Assembly (NCBI GenBank): GCA_963816145.1
Contig: CAWFJP010000029.1
Span: 430,723-494,722 of the forward strand
Source of the DNA: an uncultured delta proteobacterium
GTDB lineage: Bacteria; Desulfobacterota; Binatia; UBA9968
Direction: 5' to 3'
Length of the DNA stretch: 64,000 nt
Shown: positions 27,473 to 40,251 of the stretch, in pieces
Numbering within the stretch: the first letter of the stretch is position 1
How the letters are laid out: each line of letters begins with the position of its first letter
Translations under genes and position numbers: made by a program
The notes under the pieces: model-generated
Seen by the model: only the letters and a program-made list of their open reading frames with translations
The model's database searches: none
Told to the model about the DNA's origin: nothing

Positions 27473-30016
27473 ATGCGAACCTTGAATTTACCCATCTCCG
27501 AAATTGAACAACGGTTGCGCGCCATTTTGGCAACCCAGAAACGGTTGCTGTTGACTGCACCGACCGGCTCGGGCAAGTCGACACAGGTACCGCAGATGCT
27601 TCTTGACGGCGGCCTGCTCGGCGCGGGGCAAGTAACTGTGTTGCAGCCACGCCGCTTGGCGACCCGCATGTTGGCTACCTGGGTGGCGCAGTCGCGCGGC
27701 GGCAAACTCGGTGGCGAGGTCGGCTATCGGATGCGCTTAGATCATGTCGCGTCGGCGGCGACGCGGATCTGTTACGTGACGGAAGGTGTGCTCTTGCGCC
27801 AGATGTTGACAGACCCAGAACTCCTGGGTGTCAACGCCCTCATCTTCGACGAATTTCACGAGCGCCATCTCTATGGCGACATCACGCTGGCGCGCGCGCT
27901 GCAAATTCAGGAAAATGCGCGACCCGATCTGATCATCATCGTCATGTCGGCGACCTTGGATGTCGGCGCGGTCGAGAAATTCCTGCAGCCCTGCGCGGTG
28001 TTGGCCTCCGCGGGCCGGAACTATCCGGTCGATGTCGAATATTTGCCGCAGTCGGCCGGTGCGGTGCCGGTTTGGGATCTCGCGGTCCGGCAGACCGAAC
28101 GTTTGGTACGCGAGGAGAGTGCAGGCGATGTGTTGATCTTCATGCCGGGCGCCTATGAGATTTCTCGTACGGTGCAGGCGGCGCGCGACAAGCTCGGACC
28201 GCAGTTCGTGGTTTTTCCGCTGCACGGTGAACTTCCGACAGGTGATCAGGATGCCGCGTTGGCGCGCTATGAGCGGCGCAAGGTCGTGGTTGCCACCAAC
28301 GTCGCGGAAACTTCCCTGACCATTGACGGCGTGCGCTTGGTCGTCGACAGTGGATTGGCGCGGATTCCGCGTTTCGATCCTTACCGCGGTATCAATACGT
28401 TGCTGGTTGACAAAATCAGCCGTGCCGCCGCGGATCAGAGAGCCGGCCGGGCGGGCCGTACCGCGCCTGGCCGGTGCTTGCGTTTGTGGACGGCCTACGA
28501 GCAAGAGGCGCGTCCGTTCCAAGAGCTCCCTGAAGTTAAGCGTCTGGATCTCGCAGAGGTCATTTTGACGCTCAAGGCGAGCGGGGTTGTCGACGTAAAA
28601 CAGTTTCGCTGGTTGGAGACTCCCGACCCGCGCGCGTTGGAGCGGGCCGGGACTCTATTAGCGGATCTTGGAGCGATCGATGGATCCACCGGCGCGATCA
28701 CCGATCTTGGCAGACGCATGCTGGCGTTCCCGGTTCATCCGCGTTATGCGCGCATGCTCTTGGCGGCGCAAGAATTTAACTGTGTGCGGCCGGTGGCGTT
28801 GATCGCGGCACTTACTCAAGGCCGTGACCTGCTGTTACGCCAGCTGGCCATGCAAACCGACGATGGCCGCAGTGATCTTTTTGACGCTGACGGCGAGTCG
28901 GATTTTTTCATTCTTATGCGCGCATGGCGGTATGCCGAGCGCAACGGCTTTCACCCTGAACGCTGCCGGCGCATGGGTGTTCACGCTCAGGCGGCGCGCC
29001 AGGTCGGGCCGTTGTTCGAGCTGTTCCTGCGCATAGCCGGAGAAGTGGGTTTGGATATCAGCGAAAAGCCCATCGACAATACGGCGGTGCAGCGCTGCCT
29101 TCTTCTCGGCTTTTCCGATCAGTTGGCGCGGCGCTTGGATGGGAAATCGTTGCGCTGCGACTTGGTCCATGGCCGGCGCGGTGTGCTGGCGCGCGAGAGC
29201 GTGGTGCGCTATGCACCGTTGTTCGTGGTCTCTGAAGTGCATGAAGTCGAAAGCAGCGGCGCCAGAGAGCGAAATCTCAACGTCAGGCTCAACCTAGCCA
29301 CCGCGGTCAATGAGGAATGGCTGCGCGAATTGTTTCCGCAGGATTTCCACGAAACACGAGCCGTGATCTATGATCCAGCGTTACACCGCGTGGTGGCGCG
29401 GGTCGAGCGGCGCTTCCGTGATCTGCTGCTGGAGGAAAATCTCACCGAAAATCCGCCGTTGGACGAGGCGGCGGCACTTTTGGCACGGGAAGTGATCGCC
29501 GGGCGCTGCGTGCTCGAGAACTGGAACGAATCCGTCGAGCAGTGGATTTTGCGCGTCAATCGCTTGCGTGAATGGATGCCGGAACTGGAGTTGCCAGCCA
29601 TCAATGGCGAGGATCGCGCCGCCATCATCGAGCATATTTGCCATGGGGCGTTGAGTTACGGCGAGATCAAAGACCGCCCGGTGATTCCCGTGGTGAAATC
29701 CTGGCTGTCGCACCAGCAACAAAGATGGATCGATGAATACGCTCCGGAGCGTATCCAGTTGCCGCGCGGCCGTTATGCCAAGCTGGTCTATTCCGCCGAC
29801 GGGCCGCCGACGATCTCGGCGCGCATTCAGGATCTCTACGACATCAAGGATGGAATTTCGATCGCCAACCGGCGCGTTCCGGTGCGCATCCAAGTGCTCG
29901 CGCCAAGTAACCGTCCGGTGCAGGTGACCGATAATCTATCGCTCTTCTGGCGCGAAACCTATCCGAAACTCAAACAACAATTGCAGCGCAGATATCCCAA
30001 GCATGAGTGGCGCTGA
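27473..30016 (+). CDS. hrpB: ATP-dependent RNA helicase HrpB
   Basis: APTGSGKST, DEFHER, MSAT, ATNVAETSLTI, QRAGRAGR and C-terminal RYPKHEW motifs. Confidence 0.95.
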   Translation: MRTLNLPISEIEQRLRAILATQKRLLLTAPTGSGKSTQVPQMLLDGGLLGAGQVTVLQPRRLATRMLATWVAQSRGGKLGGEVGYRMRLDHVASAATRICYVTEGVLLRQMLTDPELLGVNALIFDEFHERHLYGDITLARALQIQENARPDLIIIVMSATLDVGAVEKFLQPCAVLASAGRNYPVDVEYLPQSAGAVPVWDLAVRQTERLVREESAGDVLIFMPGAYEISRTVQAARDKLGPQFVVFPLHGELPTGDQDAALARYERRKVVVATNVAETSLTIDGVRLVVDSGLARIPRFDPYRGINTLLVDKISRAAADQRAGRAGRTAPGRCLRLWTAYEQEARPFQELPEVKRLDLAEVILTLKASGVVDVKQFRWLETPDPRALERAGTLLADLGAIDGSTGAITDLGRRMLAFPVHPRYARMLLAAQEFNCVRPVALIAALTQGRDLLLRQLAMQTDDGRSDLFDADGESDFFILMRAWRYAERNGFHPERCRRMGVHAQAARQVGPLFELFLRIAGEVGLDISEKPIDNTAVQRCLLLGFSDQLARRLDGKSLRCDLVHGRRGVLARESVVRYAPLFVVSEVHEVESSGARERNLNVRLNLATAVNEEWLRELFPQDFHETRAVIYDPALHRVVARVERRFRDLLLEENLTENPPLDEAAALLAREVIAGRCVLENWNESVEQWILRVNRLREWMPELELPAINGEDRAAIIEHICHGALSYGEIKDRPVIPVVKSWLSHQQQRWIDEYAPERIQLPRGRYAKLVYSADGPPTISARIQDLYDIKDGISIANRRVPVRIQVLAPSNRPVQVTDNLSLFWRETYPKLKQQLQRRYPKHEWR

Positions 30017-30059
30017 GCAATAAATTGAGTTGCCTTAGGAAAATCACGGATTCGGAGAT

Positions 30060-30128
30060 TTAACCGCAAAGGGCGCAAAAAACGCAAAAAAGGAATCGTA
30101 CTGCCAGGGAGCAACTCTCGGTGGTTAA
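30060..30128. repeat. Tandem-inverted element TTAACCGCAAAG ... GTGGTTAA (right arm collapsed)
   Basis: ttaaccgcaaag ggcgcaaaa aacgcaaaa ... ctctcggtggttaa. Confidence 0.65.
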
Positions 30129-30177
30129 CCTCCGCCCTGCCACAGAGATTGCGACGATCGGAAGAGGAGAATGGGGT

Positions 30178-31017
30178 ATGAAGCTATCGACATACAATCA
30201 GATTGCGGTTCCGTCGTTCATGTATGGCACGGCTTGGAAGAAAGATGCTACGGCGCAGTTGGTTAAATTGGCGGTGGAATGCGGTTTCACGGCCATCGAT
30301 ACCGCCAACCAGTTGATTCATTACCAGGAAGCGCTGGTAGGTGAGGCGTTGCAGTCGCTGGCGCAACAGGGTGTGACGCGAGAATCGCTATTTCTCCAAA
30401 GCAAATTTACTTCAGCCGATGGCCAAGATCATCGCACTCCGTACGATCCCAGCGCCGCTCTCACTACTCAGGTGCAGCAGTCTTTCGACAGCTCGCTGGA
30501 ACATCTGCACACCGACTATCTCGATTCCTATGTGCTCCACGCGCCGTTTTCGCGACGCGGGTTGGGTGCGGCGGATTGGGAGGTGTGGGCGGTGATGGAG
30601 TCGCTTTATCTGGCGGGCAAGACCAGGATGATCGGGATTAGTAATATCACAGCTGCCCAATTAGCGCTGCTCTGCCAGGAAGCACAGGTGAAACCGATGA
30701 TGGTGCAAAATCGCTGTTTCGCGGTACGGGCGTGGGATGAGGAAGTGCGCGACATTTGTCGGCAGCACGGCATCATTTACCAGGGATTTTCGTTGCTCAC
30801 TGCCAATCGCGACGTCCTTGCCGCACCGGAAGTTCGCGCGCTTGCCGAGCGCGAGGGCGTCGGACCGGCCCAGGTGGTGTTTAGTTTCGCCATGCAAGTC
30901 GGCATGTTGCCGCTGACCGGCACGGCTAACCGACAACATATGTTGGAGGATCTCGCCGCGGAGCGGATCACGCTTTCGGCTGATGAGGTTCAGCGCATCG
31001 AAATGATCGGGTTGTGA
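30178..31017 (+). CDS. Aldo/keto reductase
   Basis: YGTAW, GFTAIDTA, FLQSKF, YLDSYVLH and IGISN motifs. Confidence 0.9.
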   Translation: MKLSTYNQIAVPSFMYGTAWKKDATAQLVKLAVECGFTAIDTANQLIHYQEALVGEALQSLAQQGVTRESLFLQSKFTSADGQDHRTPYDPSAALTTQVQQSFDSSLEHLHTDYLDSYVLHAPFSRRGLGAADWEVWAVMESLYLAGKTRMIGISNITAAQLALLCQEAQVKPMMVQNRCFAVRAWDEEVRDICRQHGIIYQGFSLLTANRDVLAAPEVRALAEREGVGPAQVVFSFAMQVGMLPLTGTANRQHMLEDLAAERITLSADEVQRIEMIGL

Positions 31018-31066
31018 CGTTTTGGAAGTTACTTGTGAGTTGTCATTTTGAGGAGAATATTCGCTC

Positions 31067-31145
31067 TCACCACGAAGGACGCGATCACGAAGGTTTCGTA
31101 AAACCAGAAATTCGACCTTCGTGATCTTCGTGTCCTTCGTGGTGA
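31067..31145. repeat. 9-bp tandem-inverted element TCACCACGAAG ... CTTCGTGGTGA
   Basis: caccacgaag..cacgaagg tttcg...ttcgac cttcgtgat cttcgtgtc cttcgtggtga. Confidence 0.85.
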
Positions 31146-31197
31146 AAATGTTTTTGACATTCACTCGCGGCCATGCCACGCCAGATTGCCGCGCAGT

Positions 31198-32523
31198 TCA
31201 TCGCTTCTGCTTCTTTTTTTCTTCCCAGTATTTCAGTCTCTCCTTGATTTGTCTCTCATAGCCGGATTCGGACGGCGTGTAGTAGCTTCTATCGGCAAGC
31301 TCGTTGGGCAGGTGTTGTTGATCGACGATATGCTCCTCGTAATTGTGGGCGTATTGGTAATCTTTTCCATAGCCCAAGTTCTTCATTAAGCCGGTAGGCG
31401 CGTTGCGCAGATGCATGGGGACGGCCAACGCGCCATGCGCTTCGACATCTTTTGCCGCTGCCAACATCGCTTTGTATGATGCGTTGGATTTAGGCGCGCT
31501 CGCCAGGTAGGTCACCGCCTGAGCCAAGGGAATCTTGCCTTCCGGGAGACCGACGAAGTGGACGGCGTCTTTGGCGGCGACGGCGACCTGCAAGGCCCGC
31601 GGGTCGGCGTTGCCGATGTCTTCGGAGGCGAAGATCACCATGCGGCGGGCGATGAACAGCGGCTCTTCGCCGGCCTCCAACATGCGCATCATCCAGTAGA
31701 GCGCCGCATCCGGGTCGCTGCCGCGCAGGCTTTTTATAAACGCAGAGATGACGTTGTAGTGCTCTTCGCCGGCTTTGTCGTATTGCAAGGGCTTCTTTTG
31801 CAGGGCCTCTTGAAGATGGACGAGAGTGATTTCGTTTTGCTTGTGAGCTTGGGCCAGCGATGCAGCGCTCTCCAATCCGTTTAACGCCACCCGGCAGTCG
31901 CCCTGGGATTGTTGGATGATGAAGTCGCGGCCTTCAGCGGAGATCGTCAGTTTCATTTTGCCAAGACCGCGCTCGGTATCGCCGAGGGCGCGGTCGATAA
32001 TCTTGCCCATGTCGGTGGGGGAAAGTGCTTTAAGCACCAGAACCTGACAGCGCGAGAGCAGGGGAGAGATGACCTCGAAGGAAGGATTCTCGGTGGTGGC
32101 GCCGATCAGGATGAGCGTACCCCTTTCCACATGGGGAAGAAAATTGTCTTGCTGCGATTTATTGAAGTGATGGATCTCGTCGACGAACAACACCGTCGGT
32201 GTGCCCAAACGTTGGAGCTGTTCGGCGTCCTGAATGATTTTTTTTAAGTCTTTGACTCCGGAAGTCACGGCCGAGAAATGCACGCAGTGGGCACCGGCGG
32301 AGTTGGCTAGGATCTGCGCCAAGGTGGTTTTGCCGCTCCCGGGCGGCCCCCACAGAATGAGTGATCGAAGTTTGCCGGCGCCGCTGAGGCCGCGCAGCAG
32401 TTTGCCGGCACCGAGCAAGTGTTCTTGGCCGACAAATTCGTCGAGCGAAGTTGGCCGCATCGCTTCGGCCAGCGGTCGTGAGGAAAAATTGTTTTTGGCT
32501 GGTGCCGAGTCAAAAAGGTCCAT
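31198..32523 (-). CDS. rarA: Replication-associated recombination protein A (RarA/MgsA)
   Basis: [39 protein letters not shown] and [10 protein letters not shown] motifs. Confidence 0.96.
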   Translation of the reverse strand: MDLFDSAPAKNNFSSRPLAEAMRPTSLDEFVGQEHLLGAGKLLRGLSGAGKLRSLILWGPPGSGKTTLAQILANSAGAHCVHFSAVTSGVKDLKKIIQDAEQLQRLGTPTVLFVDEIHHFNKSQQDNFLPHVERGTLILIGATTENPSFEVISPLLSRCQVLVLKALSPTDMGKIIDRALGDTERGLGKMKLTISAEGRDFIIQQSQGDCRVALNGLESAASLAQAHKQNEITLVHLQEALQKKPLQYDKAGEEHYNVISAFIKSLRGSDPDAALYWMMRMLEAGEEPLFIARRMVIFASEDIGNADPRALQVAVAAKDAVHFVGLPEGKIPLAQAVTYLASAPKSNASYKAMLAAAKDVEAHGALAVPMHLRNAPTGLMKNLGYGKDYQYAHNYEEHIVDQQHLPNELADRSYYTPSESGYERQIKERLKYWEEKKKQKR

Positions 32524-32632
32524 GCACAGTCATGCTAGCACAAGTGTGACGTCGGATTGTAGTCACCCTGAATTTGCTTTCGCTCGCCGCCCGTCAGTGC
32601 TATGTTGGGCGAAGCAGCGGGGAAAAACAGCC

Positions 32633-33001
32633 ATGGCAGAAGCTTCGGATAAAGACAATCCATCGTTCATTCAAGGCGCGGCGCCGCGCACGGTGCTGTT
32701 CGCCAACTCATCGATTTCGGGCAAGCTCAGTTACAATCTGCCCGTCAAAATCGACGGTCATTTCACCGGCGAGATCAAATCCACGGAACTGTTGGTGATC
32801 GGCCCCAACGCACAGGTGGAGGCGCATGTGTCGGCGCGGCAGGTGCACCTCGAGGGCAAGCTGATCGGCTCCGTGCAGGCGATGGGCTGTCTTGAGATTC
32901 TAAAAGGCGGTTACTTCAAGGGTGAAGCTCGGGTTGCGGAACTCAAGCTTCACCCCGATGCGGTGTTCGAAGGGACAGGGAATATTCTCGGCAGCAGCTA
33001 G
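32633..33001 (+). CDS. Bactofilin (polymer-forming cytoskeletal protein)
   Basis: VKIDGHFTGEI, LVIGPNAQVEA, EGKLIG and AVFEG beta-helix pattern. Confidence 0.85.
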   Translation: MAEASDKDNPSFIQGAAPRTVLFANSSISGKLSYNLPVKIDGHFTGEIKSTELLVIGPNAQVEAHVSARQVHLEGKLIGSVQAMGCLEILKGGYFKGEARVAELKLHPDAVFEGTGNILGSS

Positions 33002-33013
33002 TTGCCGCTGCTC

Positions 33014-33358
33014 TTAGCCTTCTTGCTCGGTGAGGCGGGCGGCTTTACCGGACAGATCCCGTAGATAATAAAGCTTGGCGCGGCGGACTTTTCCGTGCGA
33101 CATGATTTCGACTTTCTCGATGCGCGGCGAGTGGATCGGGAAAATGCGCTCGACACCGACCCCATAGGAAATTTTTCGTACGGTGAAGTTGGCGCGGGCG
33201 CCGGTGCCGGCCATGCCGATCACGACCCCTTCAAATACCTGAGTGCGCTCTTTTTCGCCTTCGACAACTTTGACATGGACGCGGACAGTTTCGCCTGGAC
33301 GCAAGTTCGGAAGGTCCGGCTTCAGCTGTTCGGATTCGATTTTCGCAATGGTATTCAT
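33014..33358 (-). CDS. rplS: 50S ribosomal protein L19
   Basis: [23 protein letters not shown] and [12 protein letters not shown] motifs. Confidence 0.98.
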   Translation of the reverse strand: MNTIAKIESEQLKPDLPNLRPGETVRVHVKVVEGEKERTQVFEGVVIGMAGTGARANFTVRKISYGVGVERIFPIHSPRIEKVEIMSHGKVRRAKLYYLRDLSGKAARLTEQEG

Positions 33359-33373
33359 AACTGCTCCTATCGA

Positions 33374-34651
33374 TTACCTCGCTAGTAGGCGGTCCAAAAT
33401 GATCGCCGCGGCGGAACGGACCGATAGGTGGTTATAGTCGGAACCGCCAGCGACCGCTTCTAGAACGTAATCTGCTCGTGAAATTATTGTCTCAGTCAGG
33501 CCCCACCCTGTGCCGAAAATGACCAGAAAGGGCCGAGTCACACTATGTAACATGTCTTGCAGCGCGACGAAAGAGGTCCGCTCTGTCCCAGTGTCGCGGG
33601 CCGAAGTCACGACGATCAAAGGCTTTTGGCTGCACTCTTTTTCGATATCGATAATCGTGTCGTCGAGGTTGTCGCTAATCCGCGCCAGCGCCAGCGCATC
33701 CTTGCGCGTGACGTTGTATTGGCTGCCGTAGCCGACCTCCCAGTGGTCGATAATCTTGAGCGCCAATTTTTGCAGCGGCTTGACCGGCGTGACGACATAG
33801 AACCCTTGAATACCGTAGGTTTTGCCGGCGCGACAGATATCGTGGATATCCATGTTGGTCACTGCCGTGGTGACCACCTGGTGGTTCTTGTCATACACCG
33901 GATGATGCATGAGGGCGACATAAATTGGCGCTCGCCGGTGTTTCTTGCCGCCTGTTGCAGCGCCGGCTAGATTGGCCGCGTCAAGAAGATCGGGCCGGCG
34001 CCGGCGGGTGATCTCAAGACTCATTTCCCGGCGCCAGTCCTTGACCCGTTGGTGGGCTCCCGACAACAGCACTTCGGGAACCTTCATGCCGCGAAACTCT
34101 TCGGGACGGGTGTATTGGGGATATTCGAGCAGACCATCGCTGAAGGACTCATCGGCTGTCGAGTTTTCATTGCCCAGTACGCCGGGTATCAGTCGGGTCA
34201 CGGCGTCGATGACGATGTTGGCCGCCGGCTCGCCGCCGCTGAGCGTGTAATCACCGACGGAAATCTCTTCGTCGATGAATGACTTGACGCGCTCGTCGAC
34301 CCCTTCGTAGCGGCCGCAGAGCAAGACAATTTCATCTTCACCCGCCAAACGTTGGGCCTGGCTCTGTTTGAAGATTCGTCCCTGGGGCGCGAGCAGAACG
34401 ACGCGGGCTTTCGGATTGTTCTTACGCGCCGCTTCGATGGCTGTCACAAGCGGCTCGGGTTTCATGACCATTCCTTGACCACCGCCGTAGGGATAATCGT
34501 CGGTCATGCGGTGCTTGTCGGTGGTGTAATCGCGCAGGTCGATCAGATTGATCTTGACGAGATTTTTTTCCTGAGCGCGTTTTAAGATGCTATGGCCCAG
34601 AGACGAGGCGAACATCTGCGGAAAGATCGTGATGACGGTGAAGGTCAGCAT
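33374..34651 (-). CDS. trmD: tRNA (guanine37-N1)-methyltransferase fused to a second SPOUT domain (Tm1570/Methyltrn_RNA_4-like)
   Basis: DDYPYGGG.GM, CGRYEGVDER, GDY.LSGGE and LLEYPQYTRP, then HHPV, TNMDIHDI, FGTGWGL and YNHLSVRSA. Confidence 0.95.
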   Translation of the reverse strand: MLTFTVITIFPQMFASSLGHSILKRAQEKNLVKINLIDLRDYTTDKHRMTDDYPYGGGQGMVMKPEPLVTAIEAARKNNPKARVVLLAPQGRIFKQSQAQRLAGEDEIVLLCGRYEGVDERVKSFIDEEISVGDYTLSGGEPAANIVIDAVTRLIPGVLGNENSTADESFSDGLLEYPQYTRPEEFRGMKVPEVLLSGAHQRVKDWRREMSLEITRRRRPDLLDAANLAGAATGGKKHRRAPIYVALMHHPVYDKNHQVVTTAVTNMDIHDICRAGKTYGIQGFYVVTPVKPLQKLALKIIDHWEVGYGSQYNVTRKDALALARISDNLDDTIIDIEKECSQKPLIVVTSARDTGTERTSFVALQDMLHSVTRPFLVIFGTGWGLTETIISRADYVLEAVAGGSDYNHLSVRSAAAIILDRLLAR

Positions 34652-34683
34652 TGATTTGCAAATTTAGGCCGACGCGTTGGCGG

Positions 34684-35223
34684 CTACAGGTCGAGCAGCC
34701 CTTCCGGCGGATCGACGATCACCCTGCGGGTATCGAAGTCGACCTTGTCGACAATCTCTTTGACCGCCGGAATTAGAAATTCTTTTTCGGCTTCCTTGAC
34801 GACCAGGATGTCGTTCCCGGCGGTTGATAGCACCGAGACGACGATACCGATGCGCGCGCCGTCTTTGTGGAAAACCTCGAAGCCGATTACTTGGTAGTGA
34901 TAGTACTGTCCTGGATCGAGCGGTTCGAGCTCGCTCTCGTCCACGGATAACGTCGCGCCTAACCAGCACTGGGCTTGTTCGATGCGATCGATGCCGCGCA
35001 GCTTGATCAAGAATTGCTTCTTGAATGGTTTGGCATCCGCTGCCAGTTCCAAGTTCGCGTGGGCATCGCCAAGATCTAGACAAACCCTGCGTCCCGCGAC
35101 CAATACGGCAGTGTCGGCGTTGAAGGGGTTGAGCTTCAACCAGCCGTCGAGGCCGTGGGTGGTGGCGATCGCGCCGAGGGGAACGGATGGTTCTGCCATC
35201 GGCGCAGCCTCGGAGCGGGTCAC
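34684..35223 (-). CDS. rimM: Ribosome maturation factor RimM
   Basis: THGLDGWLK, YYHYQVIG, LIPAV and PEGLLD motifs; position in the operon (start 35223 or 35199). Confidence 0.95.
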   Translation of the reverse strand: MTRSEAAPMAEPSVPLGAIATTHGLDGWLKLNPFNADTAVLVAGRRVCLDLGDAHANLELAADAKPFKKQFLIKLRGIDRIEQAQCWLGATLSVDESELEPLDPGQYYHYQVIGFEVFHKDGARIGIVVSVLSTAGNDILVVKEAEKEFLIPAVKEIVDKVDFDTRRVIVDPPEGLLDL

Positions 35224-35456
35224 TCTTCTTCGACGATTTCCAGGATGACTTTGCGGTTGCTTTTGGAAGCGGCAGCGTTGAGCAGCGTGCGGATCGATTT
35301 CGCCGTGCGGCCTTGCCGGCCGATCACACGGCCGAGGTCTTCCTTGGCGACTTTGAGCTCGAATATGGCAGTGTCGTCGCGCGTAGTCTCGTTGACCTCG
35401 ACAGCGTTGGGATCATTTACCAGAGACTTAGCTAGGTATTGAACCAGTTCCTTCAT
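35220..35456 (-). CDS. khpA: KH-domain RNA-binding protein
   Basis: DLGRVIGRQGRTAKSIRTLL, between rpsP and rimM. Confidence 0.93.
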   Translation of the reverse strand: MKELVQYLAKSLVNDPNAVEVNETTRDDTAIFELKVAKEDLGRVIGRQGRTAKSIRTLLNAAASKSNRKVILEIVEEE

Positions 35457-35482
35457 TCAGGCGGTTCTTTCCGCGGTCAAGC

Positions 35483-35728
35483 TTAGCTGGCTTTCCGCTC
35501 TTTTTTCATCAGTTCGGAAACGGTTTGACTTGGCTTGGCGCCTTTCTTGATCCACGCGTCGATTTTTTCGCGATCCATTTTCACACCGCCGGTTTTGGCG
35601 CGCGGATCGTAGGTGCCGACCTGCTCGATGTAGCGGCCGTCGCGGGCGAAGCGCTGATCGCTAACGACGATGCGGTAGAAAGGTTTTTTCTTGGCGCCAT
35701 GGCGGCTCATACGAATGCTTACACTCAT
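35483..35728 (-). CDS. rpsP: 30S ribosomal protein S16
   Basis: [21 protein letters not shown] and GAKPSQTV motifs. Confidence 0.98.
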   Translation of the reverse strand: MSVSIRMSRHGAKKKPFYRIVVSDQRFARDGRYIEQVGTYDPRAKTGGVKMDREKIDAWIKKGAKPSQTVSELMKKERKAS

Positions 35729-35748
35729 GCTAGTTCTTCCTTCTCGTG

Positions 35749-37089
<1,341 letters not shown>

Positions 37090-37171
37090 GTACGGGGATG
37101 CTAAGATGCGATATTTTCAAGAGAATTACCAAAACAAAGTAATAAAAAACGTTTCTGGAGTCAAGTTCGCC

Positions 37172-37221
37172 AAAAAAACAAAAGCCCGTTACGCGCATCG
37201 GGTCGACACGCGTAACGGGCT
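37172..37221 (-). terminator. Intrinsic terminator after groEL
   Basis: 13-bp stem AGCCCGTTACGCG/CGCGTAACGGGCT with A-runs on the left (U-tract on the minus strand). Confidence 0.85.
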
Positions 37222-37240
37222 GGGGCAATTTAAACCAAAG

Positions 37241-38920
<1,680 letters not shown>

Positions 38921-38932
38921 TTATCTGCTTAA

Positions 38933-39223
38933 TTACTTTTCGATAACGCCGAGGATATCGTCCTCGCGCATGATCAGATGCTCTTCGCCATCAACGTTGA
39001 TTTCTGTGCCGGAGTATTTTCCGAACAGGATGAGGTCATTCACTTTGACATCGAGCGGGGTAATCTTGCCGTCGTCGTTCAGCTTACCTTTTCCGACGGC
39101 GACCACTTTCCCTTCCTGCGGCTTTTCTTTAGCCGTGTCGGGAATAATGATTCCGCCCTTACTTTTTTCCTCCTCCTCGATGCGTTTGACGATGACCCGG
39201 TCCTGCAAAGGCCTAATTTTCAC
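38933..39223 (-). CDS. groS: Co-chaperonin GroES
   Basis: [21 protein letters not shown] and KYSGTE motifs; GTG start with AAAGGAGG. Confidence 0.99.
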   Translation of the reverse strand: MKIRPLQDRVIVKRIEEEEKSKGGIIIPDTAKEKPQEGKVVAVGKGKLNDDGKITPLDVKVNDLILFGKYSGTEINVDGEEHLIMREDDILGVIEK

Positions 39224-39328
39224 TTCGCGCCTCCTTTCAAGCGTTTGAATTTAACTGACTGATTTTAAAGTAGTTTGCTGCTAATCGGAACCGCCGGCGC
39301 GGAGCCAGGGACAAACTAGAGCAGGCTG

Positions 39329-39356
39329 AAGTTAAGCATCAATGCGCTGATGTCAA
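39329..39356 (-). promoter_or_regulatory. Probable sigma-70 promoter of groESL
   Basis: TTGACA-N16-TAACTT on the minus strand. Confidence 0.5.
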
Positions 39357-39411
39357 GGTTTTTGTCGGCAAATTTCTCATAGAAATCGAGTGGCTTCGGC
39401 CGATTGGTGGT

Positions 39412-39687
39412 CTATCGGCGATGCTTGCGGGACTCTTCTTCGTAATACTTGCGGTAGAGCACATCCCATTCGCGGCTGCCCGGCGGTATTTGCCGGGATA
39501 GCGTCGCAATCTTCTGGCGTACCGCGTCGTCGAGCTGGTCTTCAAAATGGAAAAATTCCTGGAGAATTTGTTTGGTCTCGGAGAGCGAGCGGCCATCGGC
39601 AGGGAATTCGGCTAACTTTGACTTGGTCAGACTCTCAAGCACCAGATGAGCTAAGTGGGATACGCGGCTCTCCGAAAGCCGGCTCAT
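39412..39687 (-). CDS. DUF507 family protein
   Basis: RLSESRVSHLAH...VRQKI.TLSR.IPPGSREWDVLYRKYYEEE. Confidence 0.85.
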   Translation of the reverse strand: MSRLSESRVSHLAHLVLESLTKSKLAEFPADGRSLSETKQILQEFFHFEDQLDDAVRQKIATLSRQIPPGSREWDVLYRKYYEEESRKHRR

Positions 39688-39959
39688 AGGATGAAGCCTT
39701 TCTTGGCCGCGAGTTTCTGCTTGGCCAGCAAAAACATCTTAAAAGGGTCCATGTCTCTGCTGACTTGGGCATAACTGGCGAGCATTTTGCGCGCCTCTTC
39801 CTCAATCGCTTCCTCCTCGGCAAAGTTGCGGTTGATGGCCTCCACGACTTTAGCCTTGAGCTCGGCGTCGCTGGCTTTGCTGACAATCAAATCCTTTTTC
39901 CGATAGGCAGCCACGAGCTGGGATGCCAATCGATCAAGCTGTTCGGGTTTGATCTTCAT
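39684..39959 (-). CDS. DUF507 family protein
   Basis: EEEAIEEEARKML...MFLLAKQKLAAKKGFIL; overlaps its partner by 4 bp. Confidence 0.85.
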   Translation of the reverse strand: MKIKPEQLDRLASQLVAAYRKKDLIVSKASDAELKAKVVEAINRNFAEEEAIEEEARKMLASYAQVSRDMDPFKMFLLAKQKLAAKKGFIL

Positions 39960-39963
39960 GAAT

Positions 39964-40251
39964 TGTGAATAAGTCTGTGAACAACTCGCCGATCATCTGT
40001 GCTTAAGTTTTTCTCCGATGCTCTGTTTACGGTTCTATCCAGCTTATGAATTGAAGTCAATTACCATGGATTGACCGCTTCAGCCCCCGTTAGAAACGTT
40101 TAATTTCTTGTACATAGGAAGTTTTTTTGAGAAGATCATTGGGATAATGGTATTGCTGTCGAACTCGCCGCAAAGTTATCCACAGCAGCAAATTGATTGT
40201 GCTGCGGTCGGAAGCTGCCGGGTTGTGGAGAAGTCCCATGGCTGTGCATAA
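39964..40251. promoter_or_regulatory. DnaA-box cluster with AT-rich core (candidate oriC or DnaA-titration locus)
   Basis: TGTGAATAA 39964, TGTGAACAA 39976, TGTGCTTAA 39998, TTATCCACA 40176, TGTGGAGAA 40224, TGTGCATAA 40243; 40091-40140 is 37/50 A+T. Confidence 0.65.

Noticed and set aside
31067-31145. Repeat elements as a CRISPR array
   Set aside because: Units are 7-9 bp, inverted and dispersed, with no unique 30-40 bp spacers and no cas genes.
39370-39396. Possible CIRCE upstream of groES (AAATTTCTC-N9-GAGTGGCTT)
   Set aside because: Only CTC-N9-GAGTG matches TTAGCACTC-N9-GAGTGCTAA; the left arm is too degenerate to call.
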